Positions 24,701 through 37,918 of a DNA stretch of 64,000 nucleotides are shown here, piece after piece. This DNA is from Phoronis australis (taxonomy: Eukaryota; Animalia; Phoronida). How positions within the stretch are numbered: position 1 is the stretch's first letter; each line of letters opens with the position of its first letter. Below the pieces are notes generated by a model. It saw only the letters and a program-made list of their open reading frames with translations. It searched no databases and was not told where the DNA came from. The position numbers and the translations under genes were made by a program. The stretch lies in contig NMRA01000493.1 in the NCBI GenBank assembly GCA_002633005.1, forward strand, positions 235,647 to 299,646, given 5' to 3'.

Positions 24701-25490
24701 ACACCCACTCTTTGTATGTACACAGGATTCTGAAAGACTCATTAGCATATGGAAACATGCATTCTACCCGACTCCTCAAAACTATGACAGAACACAGGAA
24801 TTGAAGCAGCAGATTACTAATATGGTAATTGTTTGATTAATAAATAATATCTACCTATACAATTTGGCTTCATTTCTCTGTCCGTCTCTTCAGGCCAAAG
24901 TAGGTCGCAAGCTGGTCGCATACAGATCTGTAGACTTACGTATCAATTGTTCGCTTTGTTTTTCTTTGTTATAATAAAGATAATGACGAGCATTTATCGG
25001 TAACCGGCTGGTGTGCGCCTAAGGTATGATATCCATGCGACCTGTAGGCCTGTTGTTATTATGAACATAGACGCAACAAAGGAAAATAATGGTAGCGACT
25101 CATATGTGCTCCCTATGCAACGCGCTTAAGCCCGTCGCACAGATGTCGCAAGTTGAACAATACCTTGTGAGATCCACTCCACGTCAAGTTTGTGACCACC
25201 GGAAATTTTTTTCAGTTGCATCCTGGGTGGTTTCACGGAAACATATTGCGCATGTTCAAGCATAATGGACCAAGGGCAATTTTCAAAAAAAAGGCACTTA
25301 ACAAGTTGCTTCATTGCCAATTGACAATTGAAGGGGAACGCAATCAATTTTAATGTTGCTTTTAGGAAAAACACATATCCCTGGTTACCGTGGAAACTAT
25401 TTTCCCTGTTCTAGTTACTATTCCCTAGGCAACAGAACACCCCAGCAACAAACATTCATCTTCCTTTTTAATGTGCCTGTTTACATAATT
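21753..25490 (+). repeat. Segmental duplication, copy A (~3.7 kb)
   Basis: Collinear with 39434-43136 from GTCACATTTCCATATGACG to GCCTGTTTACATAATT, apart from copy-specific indels and TE insertions. Confidence 0.92.
22599..22802 (+). CDS. Small secreted cysteine-rich peptide precursor, paralog A (67 aa)
   Basis: MKTFIILLCVALCLCVCEA|KPAIPETCSCDWIPAGADKGGVFCKIYLDRCHMRKWQESNNPNHPPHD*. It has a typical signal peptide (MK, hydrophobic core, CEA cleavage), 4 mature Cys and a dibasic RK. The ATG follows TTATTTTTCAG (acceptor-like). The frame is intact in both paralogs. Confidence 0.75.
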   Translation: MKTFIILLCVALCLCVCEAKPAIPETCSCDWIPAGADKGGVFCKIYLDRCHMRKWQESNNPNHPPHD

Positions 25491-25699
25491 GTTGTATGCG
25501 ATCAAATTTTTAGCTTGAAAGTTCTCAGACTTGGTGACCAGGGGTCCGCTCCAAGAAAACAGATTTAGCTAAGACAAATAATCCTAGAGCTTTTAGGGCA
25601 TGAAAGGTAACCAATATTCTTTGGTGCCACAGTGCTCTAAGGGTATCCTCATGCTTGAAAATGGTCGTCTGGCAGGTTTGCACTGGTGGGTGTAGTCAG

Positions 25700-26300
25700 G
25701 GGAGCCAAGAGAATGACACTCAAAAATTGAGTTAGATCAACTTGTCTGGTAGCCACTGAAAACTGCCCACAATATGTACTACGTTGCTGTATCAAAATTG
25801 GTCACTGCCAGACAATTTCAGTGGTGGAGAGTAACAACAGGGTATAAACGGGGTAAAAACTTGAGGAAGATCAATCGAAGAAGTAACCGCATGAAACCAG
25901 TTGCAAAATATTCACTGCGAGCCCATGTACTACGAATAAACACTGTCAGACAACTCTAGTGGTGGGTTTAGCTACATGTACGCCAGACACGCCCAAATAC
26001 CCGAGGTGAGGTAGATCAACCCACCAGGTAACCGCTTGAAACCAATTGCACGACGTCCAGCATCACTGCACATGGCACAATAGTAAGATGCCAGACAGTT
26101 TCGGTGATAGGGTGTCCCTGCCAGACGATTATAAAAAGGACTAAAATTTGAGCTAAATCAAACCACAGGCACAATCATATATCTGAGTTGAGCTACTTAT
26201 AGATTTACCCGCCAGGTAACTCTTTGAAACCATTTACATAACGTCCAGCAATACTCCACATGCAACAAAAGGTACCTTACAGACAATTTCAGCGGTGGGG
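25700..26300. repeat. Degenerate tandem repeat, ~140-190-bp unit, ~4 copies
   Basis: Recurrent AGATCAAC....GGTAACCGC.TGAAACCA.TT and GCCAGACAATTTCAGTGG motifs. Confidence 0.55.
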
Positions 26301-27769
26301 CAGTAGCATGCAGAAGTCTGGTCGATGTACTGGCGACTTTTTATTCGACGCCCCCCTCTCCCTACCCAAATGTATCTATCCTAGTAATAATAAAAATAAA
26401 AATGTGACACATAACCTAGAATGGTCATTTAATTCAACTTTTAATCAGTCACGACTTCGACAAAAATTATACGTAGTGGTTGGATACTCCCCTCCCCTCA
26501 TGTGGATGCCCGGGCCGTCGCCATAATTACTGACAACCATATACAACATCAGATGAATAATCAATTTGAACGTGTTTTATTTGCACTATGTAGACATCGA
26601 ACGAACAGTTCTATATTGCCGGCGATAATTCTCCAAAATCCACTCGGGCTCTAGACAACGGGGGATAACGACTTCGCCATGTAATAATCTATGTATACAC
26701 AGCTCTATGCATCAGAGGTCAACACTGTGGCAAATTCATTTCATTCACAATTCAACAATTTAACAAAAATCCATAGTGCTCAATTGCATTTCAAAAGCGT
26801 TCATAACTGTATACTTTAATTCAACTGAAGGTTTTAAAATGCGCTTGGCTTTACAAAACAATCATCTAACTCTTGTCAAGTTGACTTTCTTGTTTTTGAA
26901 TGGGAATTTTGAAACAAATTATTACTTTAATGCAGGTTCTGTTAATTAGAATAGGTTTCTTTTATATTAGCTCTTGCACGTTGCCTTTCCCACACCACCG
27001 TTTTCTGATTGCATCATTGAACTCCTTCACAACTGCTTTCTGTCTTTCTTTGAACTCAGGTTTATGTTGACAAAACCTTTTGTTTTCTGAATAACAAAAT
27101 TAAATGTTAAAATGCACTATATTTTCCATTTGTTAGCTGCCAGCAAGTAGTGCAAAAAGTTGGAATTAGGACTTCGATGCTAATCTAGCCGGTCACGTAA
27201 TATTCATTAACGTGATAAGGGTAACAAAATGTTTTTAAACCTACAGTGACGCAAGAAACTGCATAGGATTGGGGTTGTCCAAACCTAAACGTTGGAATTT
27301 GTACACATTGTTTATAATTCAGAAATGGGATACTGTAATGCCAAGGATCATTATGAGATTGATTTTGTGAAAGTAAAATGCTTAATTTGTTTTCTTAGTC
27401 AGCTAAAGAGGGCAAAATGCAGCTTTAAAGATAATGCATGTACATTGATGGATGTCAAACAGACTGGTGAATTATTATGTGATAACTCTTGAAGGAAGAG
27501 TACATGCTCTGTTGTAGCTGGGGTTTCACTAGGAGGAAGCAAACTTACAGAAATGAAATCTCAATTACGAAAATATGATTTTCTAAAATTCCCTCATGTA
27601 TTTAAACAAATGAGATATCAGAAAAATAGGCAGGAAGAATAAAATAACTGACTGCAACAGACGAGCGTGGTAATGGTTATGAAACCTCAAATAGCTTCAG
27701 TTTAGAATTCTTTAAGAGCACGTGAAATGAAATTTAACCGTAAAGAACATGCAAGAAATGCTATGTTTT

Positions 27770-30700
27770 TGTAATAGAAAGAAGCAGAAACGTATAAAAG
27801 AAATGTAAAATATATTGACAGGAATTAAAAATGGCGTCACAAAAGGATGACGTCATAGAAAACTATAACATCACAACACCTCCCCGCCTTATTGAATGAA
27901 AGCTTGTTTTTTTAAGTCTCTCAGACCTTCTCAAGTTGTGTGGCCCATATTCATTTTCCATTGGAAGTCGTGGGTTTGGGCGCTTCTTCTCTTCCAATTT
28001 TCTCGTTTGCATATCTGTTGCCGTAGTTGCATTCTCTTCATTCCTTGCTTGTCTGTCATCTGTATCGGATTCTCCAATTGACAAAAATGGGGTATCTCCA
28101 GGATCTGTATCTTCTTCAGAACAATACCTTGGTCTCAACTGATCGATATGACGATGTCATATTGCACCACTTGGCACGACATTCCCTTTGATATAACGTG
28201 GACCCATAACCCGGGCCACCACAGCAGGAAGCCAGCCAGCTAGCTGTATGATGACTGTCGTCAAAAAATATTTATATATACAGCTTTGTACCAAGGCTAC
28301 ACAGCAGGTACCCAGCGAGGGTCCCTACTTTGACGAGGCCCATAGCTCAAGGCATAACATGGCATTCCAATGGTATACATATGAGTCTTTGACACTGTTT
28401 GATAGGACTCAGCAATTTGTGGTTTCGCAGCATTTCTTGACTGCTTCCCTTGCGCTACATGAGCAGGTGAAGGACGTAAGCTGTCTAGCTTACAACGAAT
28501 TTGTCTTCCATTTAATTGTTCGCTTGGAGAATAACCAGAATCTAGAGGTGTACGACGATATAAAAACTCTTGTAACGCTGCTTTTGGCAACAAATAAGAT
28601 TTCCGCAGAGATTGCTTGAAAGTCTGTACCAAACGCTCTGCTGCTCCATTTGTAGCTGGATGGTATGGGGCACCTGTAAGGTGTAAAATACCACGTTCTT
28701 GGCACCAAGCCTGGAATTCTTCAGAGTAAAACGTTGCTGCATTATCAGTCACTAACGTGTGAGGATAACCAAAATGCGAAAACTCTCTTTCAAGCAATTC
28801 CGTTGTTGTTTTTGTTGACAGTGAACATGTTGGCTGTATACATGGGTATTTAGAATACGCATCTACCATGACCAACCAGTTTGTTCCAAGGCAGTTTATG
28901 GCATGATCAACATGAACACGGCTCCATGGCTTTTCGGGTAGCATCCATGGATGAATAGCTGCTTTCAGTGATCTGTTTTGATGTTCAGCACAAGCCGTGC
29001 AATGACGTACCAGTTCGTCAATATCCTCGTTAATATGTGGCCAATAAACCACTGTCCGTGCTAGTTGCTTCATTCTCTGAATTCCGAAATGGCCAATATG
29101 AAGCAGATCCAACACCTGTTTTCGTAATCTCTTTGGAATAACTGTCCGTGTACCATGAAGTATCTTTCAATTTTCTGAAAAATTTCAATTCTTCGGAATC
29201 CATAGAAACTGGCCAACATTCTATGGCATATCTCATTGCTTTAGAAATTTCAGAATCCTTGCTAGATTCTTTATTAAGCAATTTAGAGTTAACAGGGATC
29301 AATTGTAGACTTACTTGCTCAACAGAACAGACCACATTCACGTCTGCTTGTTTTTCATCCCTGTCGAATTTTGGATCCTTACCGCAGGTTAAGCGACTCA
29401 ATGCATCTGCATTAGAATGATCAGACGTTTTCCGATACTCTATTGTGTATTCATACTGGCTAAGATGTAACGCCCATATTGCTAGTCGATTAGCAGCCAT
29501 AGCTGGAAGATAGAAACTAAAGGTTTGTGATCAGTTATCAAAATGAAACGTCTTCCGAAAAGAAATTGGTGAAATTTCTTTAGTGCAAAAACAATTGCCA
29601 GAGCCTCACGTTGGATTTGACTGTACCTCCTTTGAGTGTCCGTGAGAATCTTTGAAACATTGGCAATCGGACGTTCACTACCATCAGGATAGCGATAAAA
29701 TACAACGACTCCAATCCCAACATTAGAAGCTTCACATGAAATTCCCAACTGTTGTTTAGGATAGAAATGAGCCAGAACTGCATCTGTACAAAGTATTTCT
29801 TTTAAACGATGAAAAACTGCATTCTCCTCAGCTCCCCATTTCCATGACACATCTTTGTGCGTCAAATGGCTCAGACTAGCAATCAAGGTAGATAAGTTCG
29901 GAATGAACTTTCCATAAAATTAAAAACAGATCCAAGGAACAAACGTAGACGAGAAACATCTGATGGGGCTGGCATTTTCAAAACAACGTCGACTTTGCTA
30001 CCTTTTTAGTGACCTAAGTATTCTACGGTTTGCTGACCAAATGAGCATTTTTCCAAGCGACATCTCATTCCATTGTCTTGCAAATGCTGGAGTAGGTTTC
30101 CTAGATTCTGAAGATGTTCTTCTGCGTTGCTTACTAAAATATCATCCAAGTATACAACCACGCCATTTAAATCGCTAATTAATTTGTCCATGATATCCTG
30201 GAAATAACCAGGGGCTGAACTAATCCCAAATGGCAATCTCTTCTGTAGAACTCCACGATGTGTGGATAGTGCCAGACGTCTCTGACTTTCCGAGGTTAAT
30301 TTAAACTGATTATACGCATCAGCCAAGTAAATTTTCGTGAAATAAAAGCCACCACTGAGCTTTCGCATACGATCTTCAGGCAGGAGTAGCGGATGACGAT
30401 GAGTTTCAAGCTGATGATTTATCGTAACTGAGTAATTTCCGCATACTCTTCATTTCCGTTTACTTTGGCCAGGAAACGGTGCTTTTCTTATAAGGACAAC
30501 TGGTGTTCCATATTCGTTGAATTGTGTAGGTTCCCAAATTCCACGTTTAATACCAGCATCCTATGCCAGATTCAAGTCATCCAGTAATGCAAAAGGTACT
30601 GTGCGAGGTTTGCAAAATAATGGTTGACATCAGGCTTGAATTTTGCATCTGATTCGAAACCTTTTAAATATCTCAGTTTAGGTTTGAATAGGTCTGGAAA

Positions 30701-31590
30701 TTCATCGCAGATGATTTTGCACGCGTGCTGAAACTCTACATCACTTTTCTTGTCCTCATAACGAGCAACACCAACTTAGTCATTTTGGTTGTCATGACGC
30801 AAAATGGAATTCCTACATACAAAGTGCAGTGATATCACTCTTTAGCTGTCGAACTGCCGTTCGGCCAACAATATTCAAATCGTGTTTGCTTACTACTAAT
30901 TCAATATTTGCTGTATGCTGCGAATCGGACTGTAATATTGTGTTTGTACTGAAAATTCCCAAAACTGGTAATGCTTTTTCATTTGCCGCGAAATAATGAC
31001 TGCGTGATGGAGATAAAACAGGTTTTGCAAGTTTAAACCGAACCCTCTCCGAAATCAAATTGTCCGGTGATCCAGTATCTACGTCAAATATCTGTTTTTT
31101 GCCGCATATGTGAACAACAATCTGAATTGGATCTCGATCCGAAATGTGATTAAGTTTCTGTTCTGGCCTTGCTAAAATACTGCTTACTTTAGCCTATTCC
31201 TAGCCTTTCTTTTGCTTAAACAAACAGCCTCTATATGACCTTTCTTGTGACAGAAACGGCATTCAGTCCCTTTAAAACGACAATCCATTGCCGCGTGGTC
31301 TTTTTTCCACAACGGGGACATGTTCCTTTTGGAAAATCCCTAAACTTCTGTGCTTTGCCCTACTTGCTTTCTTCCCTTTTTTCTTTTGTAACTTAAATAC
31401 GGGATCTCCTTAAACCGTTTCTTTTGCAACTTTGGACGACTCTTCAATTTCTGCTGCTAGTTCTGTGGCTTTCTTAAAAGATAATTCGTCATCTTTTATT
31501 TTGAAAAGGGCTTTTAGGACCGCCTCATTACTAATTGAACAAATCAATCTAGTTCTCATAGCTTTATCCTGAGGATCCTTTATTGTTGGA
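27770..31590 (-). mobile_element. 5'-truncated, degraded Ty3/Gypsy LTR retrotransposon (Mag/K02A2.6-like): gag end, PR, RT, RNase H, IN, PPT and short 3' LTR
   Basis: Gag zinc knuckles (~31230-31320), protease FDVDTGS (~31070-31090), RT (RLPFGISSAPGYFQ, YLDDIL), RNase H (CEAS..ERPIA..YSQIQREALA..TDHKPL) and integrase (LHIGHFG..CTAC, VHVDHA, LVTDNA, PYHPATNGAAER). PPT AAGGCGGGGAGG is followed by a putative LTR TGTTGTG...ATTACA (27878-27770). There are many frameshifts and no 5' LTR. Confidence 0.95.
28229..28299. mobile_element. 71-bp insertion with a 9-bp TSD inside the Gypsy integrase tail
   Basis: CACAGCAGG is duplicated at 28220-28228 and 28300-28308, with imperfect TIRs (AGCC..AGCTGTAT / ATACAGCT..GGCT). 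Removing the insert restores RWVPAVVARVMGPRYI. Confidence 0.75.
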
Positions 31591-31599
31591 TAACGTAGA

Positions 31600-32200
31600 A
31601 AATATATCTGAAACTAAATAAGGCGATCCAGATCCTCCCAAGGATACTATTGTTTCATGAAATGAAGAATATAAATCGGTAAATAAAACAACAAGAATGG
31701 ATCAACTGAAATTTGAAATTTTCGGATGTAACAACTTCCTTTATCAACAAAAACAGAAATAAAGTAAAATCAAACACAAAATGACAATTGACATATAAGA
31801 TATGGTGTAATGAAAATGATACATTTTTGCGTAAAAAATTCATTGGATAGAACATTTTTTATACCTTATAACTTGTAAAAAATGTTCTATCCAATTCGTA
31901 GGACAAACTCAACATAATCTACAAACTCGGTTTCGTAATCATAGATTTAACATAATACATAAAAACAATTCTGATACTATAGGTAATCATTTCAATTCCA
32001 AAAACCATAATATTCAAGATCTTTCTGTACAAATAATAGAAAAACTCCAACACCCCAGTACCCCTCACAGACATAAAAGAGAACAATATTGGATAGACAA
32101 ACTTAATACAATAGAACCTCATGGATTGAACATAAAAACTTCTTAAAATATGTCATTGAATTTTTTACGCAAAAATGTATTGGCCATTTTTTCAATATTT
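31600..32200 (+). mobile_element. Penelope-like element remnant (GIY-YIG endonuclease) with inverted partial duplication
   Basis: Open frame ~31860-32146: YLITCKKCSIQFVGQTQHNLQTRFRNHRFNI..GNHFNSKNHNIQDLSVQIIEK..KREQYWIDKLNTIEPHGLNIKTS*. 31819-31860 holds inverted copies of 32157-32180 and 31877-31895. Confidence 0.85.
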
Positions 32201-33269
32201 CAGATGTATTTAGCAAAATGCCTTATCTTCATTCTCGGGGAACTTCAAATACTAAACATAAACCGCGTAGCGGGAAAATATTTAGCAGAACCACCTTGGA
32301 ACAGCACAACCACGTGGATAGCTTACTACTTATCCAAGGTCAAAGGTTACAAAGGGTTATTTTGCTATGAATGTACCTCTCTTAAAAATGAAATTTTGGC
32401 TTAAAAAGGTGTTTACGTAATAATAATAATGGTACATAAATATACAAATATTTTCATATTCCCTGAACTTTTTTCTTTCAGAAAACATATACTACTTGAC
32501 AAAGCGTAGTTTTTCGATACACTAGTTACAATGGAGGCCACTAACTAAGGTTTGAGATAACCTTTGGATATTTCAGGCTAATTTCTCGTCTCGGTCACTG
32601 CATAATCTAAATTAGCTAAGAACACAACATATAGCGATGATGCGAATATGAAATAGGTTGAAAATTGCCAAATGTTTTTGAGAACGTTTTTGTGGCAAAA
32701 ACCACTAAACCGTGTCCAGTAAGTATCGTCCCGTGGTGCTGGGGATTAACACAGCATGACGCTACTTGGACTCGCAAGGTATATCATTAGCGCAAAGGTC
32801 ACCTATTTGCAAAATTGTTTTCACGTTTACAAATTGTCACTGAAAACAACTTTTACTGCACTTTGTTAAGCGTGCGTGGATCATGTTAAATAGCATCGTT
32901 GTTTAGTCCCTGCTATATATTAGCACACATCTAGTTAAGAGTTTAGAAAGTCGTCTAGTTAAGAGAATGCAAATTCATCTCTGAAGCCCCATGCAAAGCC
33001 GCCTTTGAAAGGAATTTTCTTGGTTCATGTTCAGGGATGAAGTACTTTTTTAATACGAGTATTTACATACCTTATTACAAATGCTAAAACCCTAGACTGA
33101 ATAGAGTTGACTGAGCGATTGCTTCATCAGAATGATTCCACGAACTTGATTTACTTGCGTTTGAATTTTGCAATATCAGTTCTACCGATAGCATTTAATT
33201 CTCGTTGAAGTTCGAGACACTGGTCCCTACTGTGGCTGTGTGCTGTACGCCGGCTGACCAAGAAAGGAC

Positions 33270-33452
33270 GCTATATCTGCGGGAGCACGACAGGTGTACA
33301 CAGGTACTAAACTGATCTGCGCGTGCACAAGTGTACACCGTAGGCACTGTATCTGCGCGAGCCCGACAGGTGTATTCAGGCACTATATCTCCGAGTGCAC
33401 TACAGGTGTAAACAAGCTCTATATCTGCGCGTGCACGACAGGTGTACTCAGG
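33270..33452. repeat. Minisatellite, ~37-39-bp unit, ~5 copies
   Basis: TAT(A)TCTGCGCG(A/T)GCACGACAGGTGTAC.CAGG units. Confidence 0.85.
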
Positions 33453-34048
33453 CAATCATGGTTGATAAATTTTATCATAAAACAGATTAATTTCTATTAT
33501 TTCTACGAATGATAAGAATTTTCTAAGTTGTTAAGAATTAATATTAACGATTGGTGTAATGTAAGATCTAAGTTTTCTCATCAGTCCTAGTAAGTTATAC
33601 AAATTCTTGTCACTGACCGAAAACGATCCTAAGAATAATGCTGTAAACGATGATTAGACTGATATATGTGAACGATTACCAGTCTCCTTAGAATTCACAT
33701 CAACCAAAATGGAGGTGAAACACTTTTACACTTAGCATTACATATTCTAAGTTTAGAAATATGATTAAGACCGTGAAGGCGACGAAGAGTACACAATGTC
33801 TAGCTTTTCTGTTACGAGCAAGTTCACAAAGATTGACGGTAAGTATAAGGGGCAAAACTAAGCCTTTGAACTAGCATGGAGCAATGAATAGTGCACACAT
33901 ATAGCTAGGATGGAGTTAAATTTGTCTCGTGCGGAAACCTCTCCGGAGGGGGAGAGGGGGAGGGAGAGGCAACACAACAATTCGTGATGATCGGCACTAA
34001 AAATTGTGGCACCAGAAATATTCATTCATTGAAGTAAGTCAGGCTAAC

Positions 34049-34198
34049 CAGTGGCGGATTTAGAAGGGAACCATGGCCCCCCCTTAAACTCTCCCTGATT
34101 CCATTTGGCAATTCGGGGGGTGCGAATGTCTGACGGGCAAAATCCTGGCTAATACTCTGACCTGGCCCCCCAAACTAAGAATCCTGAATCCGCCCCTA
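34049..34198 (+). mobile_element. hAT-type MITE, family 1 copy
   Basis: Same TIRs and body as 265-426, with CTAAC on both flanks. Confidence 0.85.
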
Positions 34199-34671
34199 CT
34201 AACGCGTCTTTATTAATAATCCACTGGTGCCACCTGCTGCCCCGAATTGCTGCTCCAGTTCAATCCCGTCCTGCAGCCATTCTATTGATGAGTTTCTGTA
34301 ATTACATCACGTTTTGCCTCTTAATAGTTGCTAAACATAAATTGAAACATTAGAACGTTCTAGAAACCATGTGTAGTTAGTTGTCGCAACAAGAGGGGGT
34401 TCCATATATCAAACTCGACAAATACCCTTGGTGTTAGCGCATTAAATTTTGGAATTAAATGCTGAATGACGTCAAAAAGAACATGTGTCTTAAAACCCTA
34501 AGCAATATTGCCACGAGTCAAAGTTTAATATTAAAACCCTACGCAATATTGCCACGAGTCAAAGTTTATTAATTCTGTTAAAACTAATGATTGCTTAAAG
34601 GTATTTCATTAAACACAATATACATCCATTGACTGGTCTTGGTGTATTACAAGCTTCACGAATACATAGAG

Positions 34672-34811
34672 AATCCTACCCTCGTCTCAGGTTTATGACA
34701 AGTGCAAAGCCTCTTGGAAATTTCGTCATAATCCCAAGACTTGCCGAAAGATTTTGACCAAATTTCCAAGAGGTTTTGCCCATGTCATAAATCTCAGACG
34801 AATGTAGGATT
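34672..34811. repeat. ~140-bp imperfect palindrome
   Basis: AATCCTACCCTCGTCTCAGGTTTATGACA..CCTCTTGGAAATTT pairs with AAATTTCCAAGAGG..TGTCATAAATCTCAGACGAATGTAGGATT. Confidence 0.85.
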
Positions 34812-35504
34812 TGTTTTCTCACATGAACCGTAAAAAAGATCTTTTCTGTCGAAAAACTCGACGTGTCTAAAACTTACAACCACATCCCGCAACTTTTGTA
34901 AAAACACGCTTTGGCAAAGTAAATTGCGTTCAGCTTTCATATCAAATATTCAAATTAGAATCTAATAAATAGTCTTTGAAGTTGTAATATTAAAACTTAA
35001 AAAATGTAGATAAACTGTTACAACAGTCAGCAAGACTTCCCCGAGCGTGAGCACTAAATTGACCTTGAGACAGCATAGCTACGGTCTCGCCGCGTTTCTT
35101 GAGTTGGGGATCATCTCCGTTTGAATGAACGTGGATATGGAATTCGCCGCCCAAGATGTGCCCGTTTAAGAAGTTGCTAGAATGTCCATCCGACTGGGAG
35201 TACGTACAGTTGCGACAAGCGATTTGTCAATCATAACCTTATCACATTCTCGGAATTCCGGCATTGTTTGGTTGGCGCGCGTTTCGTTGTTTTAGTGTTT
35301 TGCAGACGACAAAATGTAAGGCGTATGGATTTCTACTTTGCACTACATTGTGATTCCCCCATGTAATATAAAAATGCGTACTCGGTGAAAACAAAATTGA
35401 AAAAAAAATATAAAAAGCGTTCGTCTCGCCCCCTTGTTAGATGAATTACAGGTTCTGTTTTCTATTTTTTGTTTATACTGATTGTCTTTACCATAGATAT
35501 AAAG

Positions 35505-35865
35505 ACGCTTTATATAGACACTGTATCCATGATCATGACAATCAATATAGAATAGCGCGTTACATAGGCCTATATAGCCACTCTGAATCCATGGTCATGA
35601 CCAGAAATATAGAATAGCGGTACATACATGTATGTAGACACTCTATATCCATGGTCATGACCATAAATATAGAATAGCGGTACATATGTAGGCCCTCTAT
35701 ATCCATGGTCATGACCATAAATATAGAATAGCGGTACATATGTAGGCACTCTATATCCATGGTCATAACCATAAATATAGAATAGCGGTACATATGTAGG
35801 CACTCTATATCCATGGTCATAACCATAAATATAGAATAGCGCGCTATCCACACCCTATATCTATA
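35505..35865. repeat. Minisatellite, 54-bp unit, ~6 copies
   Basis: CTCTATATCCATGGTCATGACCATAAATATAGAATAGCGGTACATATGTAGGCA. It explains the 18-aa-periodic ORFs at 35560 and 35570. Confidence 0.95.
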
Positions 35866-35975
35866 AGTCATGTAAAGTAATCAAGTTTTTTAATAATCTT
35901 AATACAAACTCCTACTACGAATATAATGAACGTCATTTTCTTCATTGACAGTGGACTGAGATAATAACAATGACC

Positions 35976-36274
35976 CAGTGGCGGATCTAGGATACCATAA
36001 GGGGGGGCCAACACGTTGCCTCGGAGGATTGGGCAAAGCGATGGTATGCACATGCGGCCCGAAAGTTGCGAGGGCTGCCGATGTGGAACTGTTGTTCCCA
36101 AATTCTATCAGAGGACTAAAAAAACAAAAAACGGGAACACAATTCCGCCGCGCCCCTCATCCGCTGCCTTTTCTAGTTGGTGAACTCGGTAACCCAATAT
36201 TACCTCACGCTTCACGCTGTTGCTGTTTAATTTTCCTTGCACCAGCCAAGGGGGGGGGCCTAAATCCGCCTATG
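35976..36274 (+). mobile_element. Short variant of the family 2 hAT element
   Basis: Same termini CAGTGGCGGATCTAGG...CCTAAATCCGCCTATG, with flanks TGACC/TGTCC. Confidence 0.8.
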
Positions 36275-37049
36275 TGTCCTTCAATAATGTGAGCGAAAAC
36301 ACCCTTAAGCATTCATTATTTATAAGCAGGTGACGTACACATGTAATGTAATGTAATATTCCAACCGTCTGACATGCACTGTATATAAAACCCATGAAGT
36401 TGATTTGAAAGTGGACAAAGCAAGATTGGTGACAAGCCAGAAAAGATACATTGCGAAGGAAACACCTAAAAGGTAAAAATGAACAAGTTTTTCTTATTTG
36501 TGTTTGCTTTTGTAAGTTAACATTTAATACATTTCTAAACTAAAGTAGTCTGTTTAACTTTTTTCCTCTAATAATTTCCAAGAAATTGAGAAATGAACAT
36601 TTAAATAATTTTTACTGTCATGCCTTCTGAAAAAGATTCCAGGCAATTTCATCATACGTGTCTTCAGGATTTTATCCCATGGATAGAGAGCATAGTATTA
36701 CGAAAAAGTGTTAAAGAAAATTGCTTACTGAAGTTCCGCGTAATGGTGCCCTTGCGAAATACTTTTGCACACGGCTTGATTGGAGTATGCAAAATTGGTT
36801 TAAATGTTCTCGTATTCACGGAGGATGAACGTAACTTGTACATCATTGATTGAATCACACAGGTCAATATATATCATATATTATCGTTTCGAAGGAAATT
36901 AACGAAATGTTTCGTTGACCAATCCATCTAATTAATCTTACCAATAAAACCTGTGAAAATTCCAGCAAACAAAATAAGTAATTAAAATAAAATCGCCAGA
37001 TAAATATAAATGTGCATGTATATTTAGGTCAAAATTTCCCCCGAAAGGT

Positions 37050-37530
37050 GTGGTTTGGCCTCACCTGACATCATCACAAAACCGCTGGGCTGTTCGGTTT
37101 TATTATTCACTTAACCTGTTCATGGAACGATTGGAGCATGTCCGTGGCTTTATCCATTCTGCTCAGAAGCAGGCGGCCACACTTATTCTCTGTGTGCCTT
37201 TTAACACTCCACCAACTCATATGTTTAAGAGACTGGGATGGCTGCCTGTAGACAAATAGGCGTTTATGTAGGAGACATATGTGTTTTCACAATGATAATG
37301 TACCAGCTTATTTATCTGGTACCGGCAACTTATTACTCGTTCGAAACAGCCACCAAATCATGACCAAACTTTCTTCCTCAAATAATTTTGTTGTGCCTAG
37401 ACACAGAACTTCGTTCATCTAAGTCCTTTTTATTCAAACCATTCGACCATGGAACGATTTATCAAATAGCCTAATGGTGGCATATTGTTATGATGACTTC
37501 AGACACAAACTCATCAATTACGTGTGAATG
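37050..37530 (+). mobile_element. 3' remnant of a CR1/L2-clade LINE
   Basis: SAQKQAATLILCVPFNTPPTHMFKRLGWLPV matches the LQKRAARIIL...PS..LF..LGWL post-RT motif. It is followed by a ..SF....IRPWNDLS-like segment. Confidence 0.7.
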
Positions 37531-37757
37531 TGGTGATCATAGCTGTCCTTCCCTACGTTTTCAGTCATTTCATTGTATATACCATATAATCGTTTTAATT
37601 TATTTTTAATTTAATTTGTAAATTTAAATTGTCAATATTAATTAATTTGGTTATTTAAAACGTTAAACTGAAACCTGAAATAATACGAATTTCCTCCATC
37701 ACTCACCAGTTACAGATAAGGTCTTCATTGGCCTCGGTGTCTCTCTTGGCACAACCG

Positions 37758-37918
37758 CTGGGGCGGATACAGGATTTATAGTTGGTGGGGGGGGGCAGGG
37801 CAGAATATTAGCCAGGATTTTGCCCGTCAGACATTCGCATCTTCGAATTGCCAAACGGAATCTGTGAGAGTTTTAGGGGAACCATGGCCCCCTTGGCCGC
37901 CCTTTAAATCCGCCCCTG
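37758..37918 (-). mobile_element. hAT-type MITE, family 1 copy (inverted)
   Basis: Reverse-complement match to 265-426 and 34049-34198. Confidence 0.85.
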
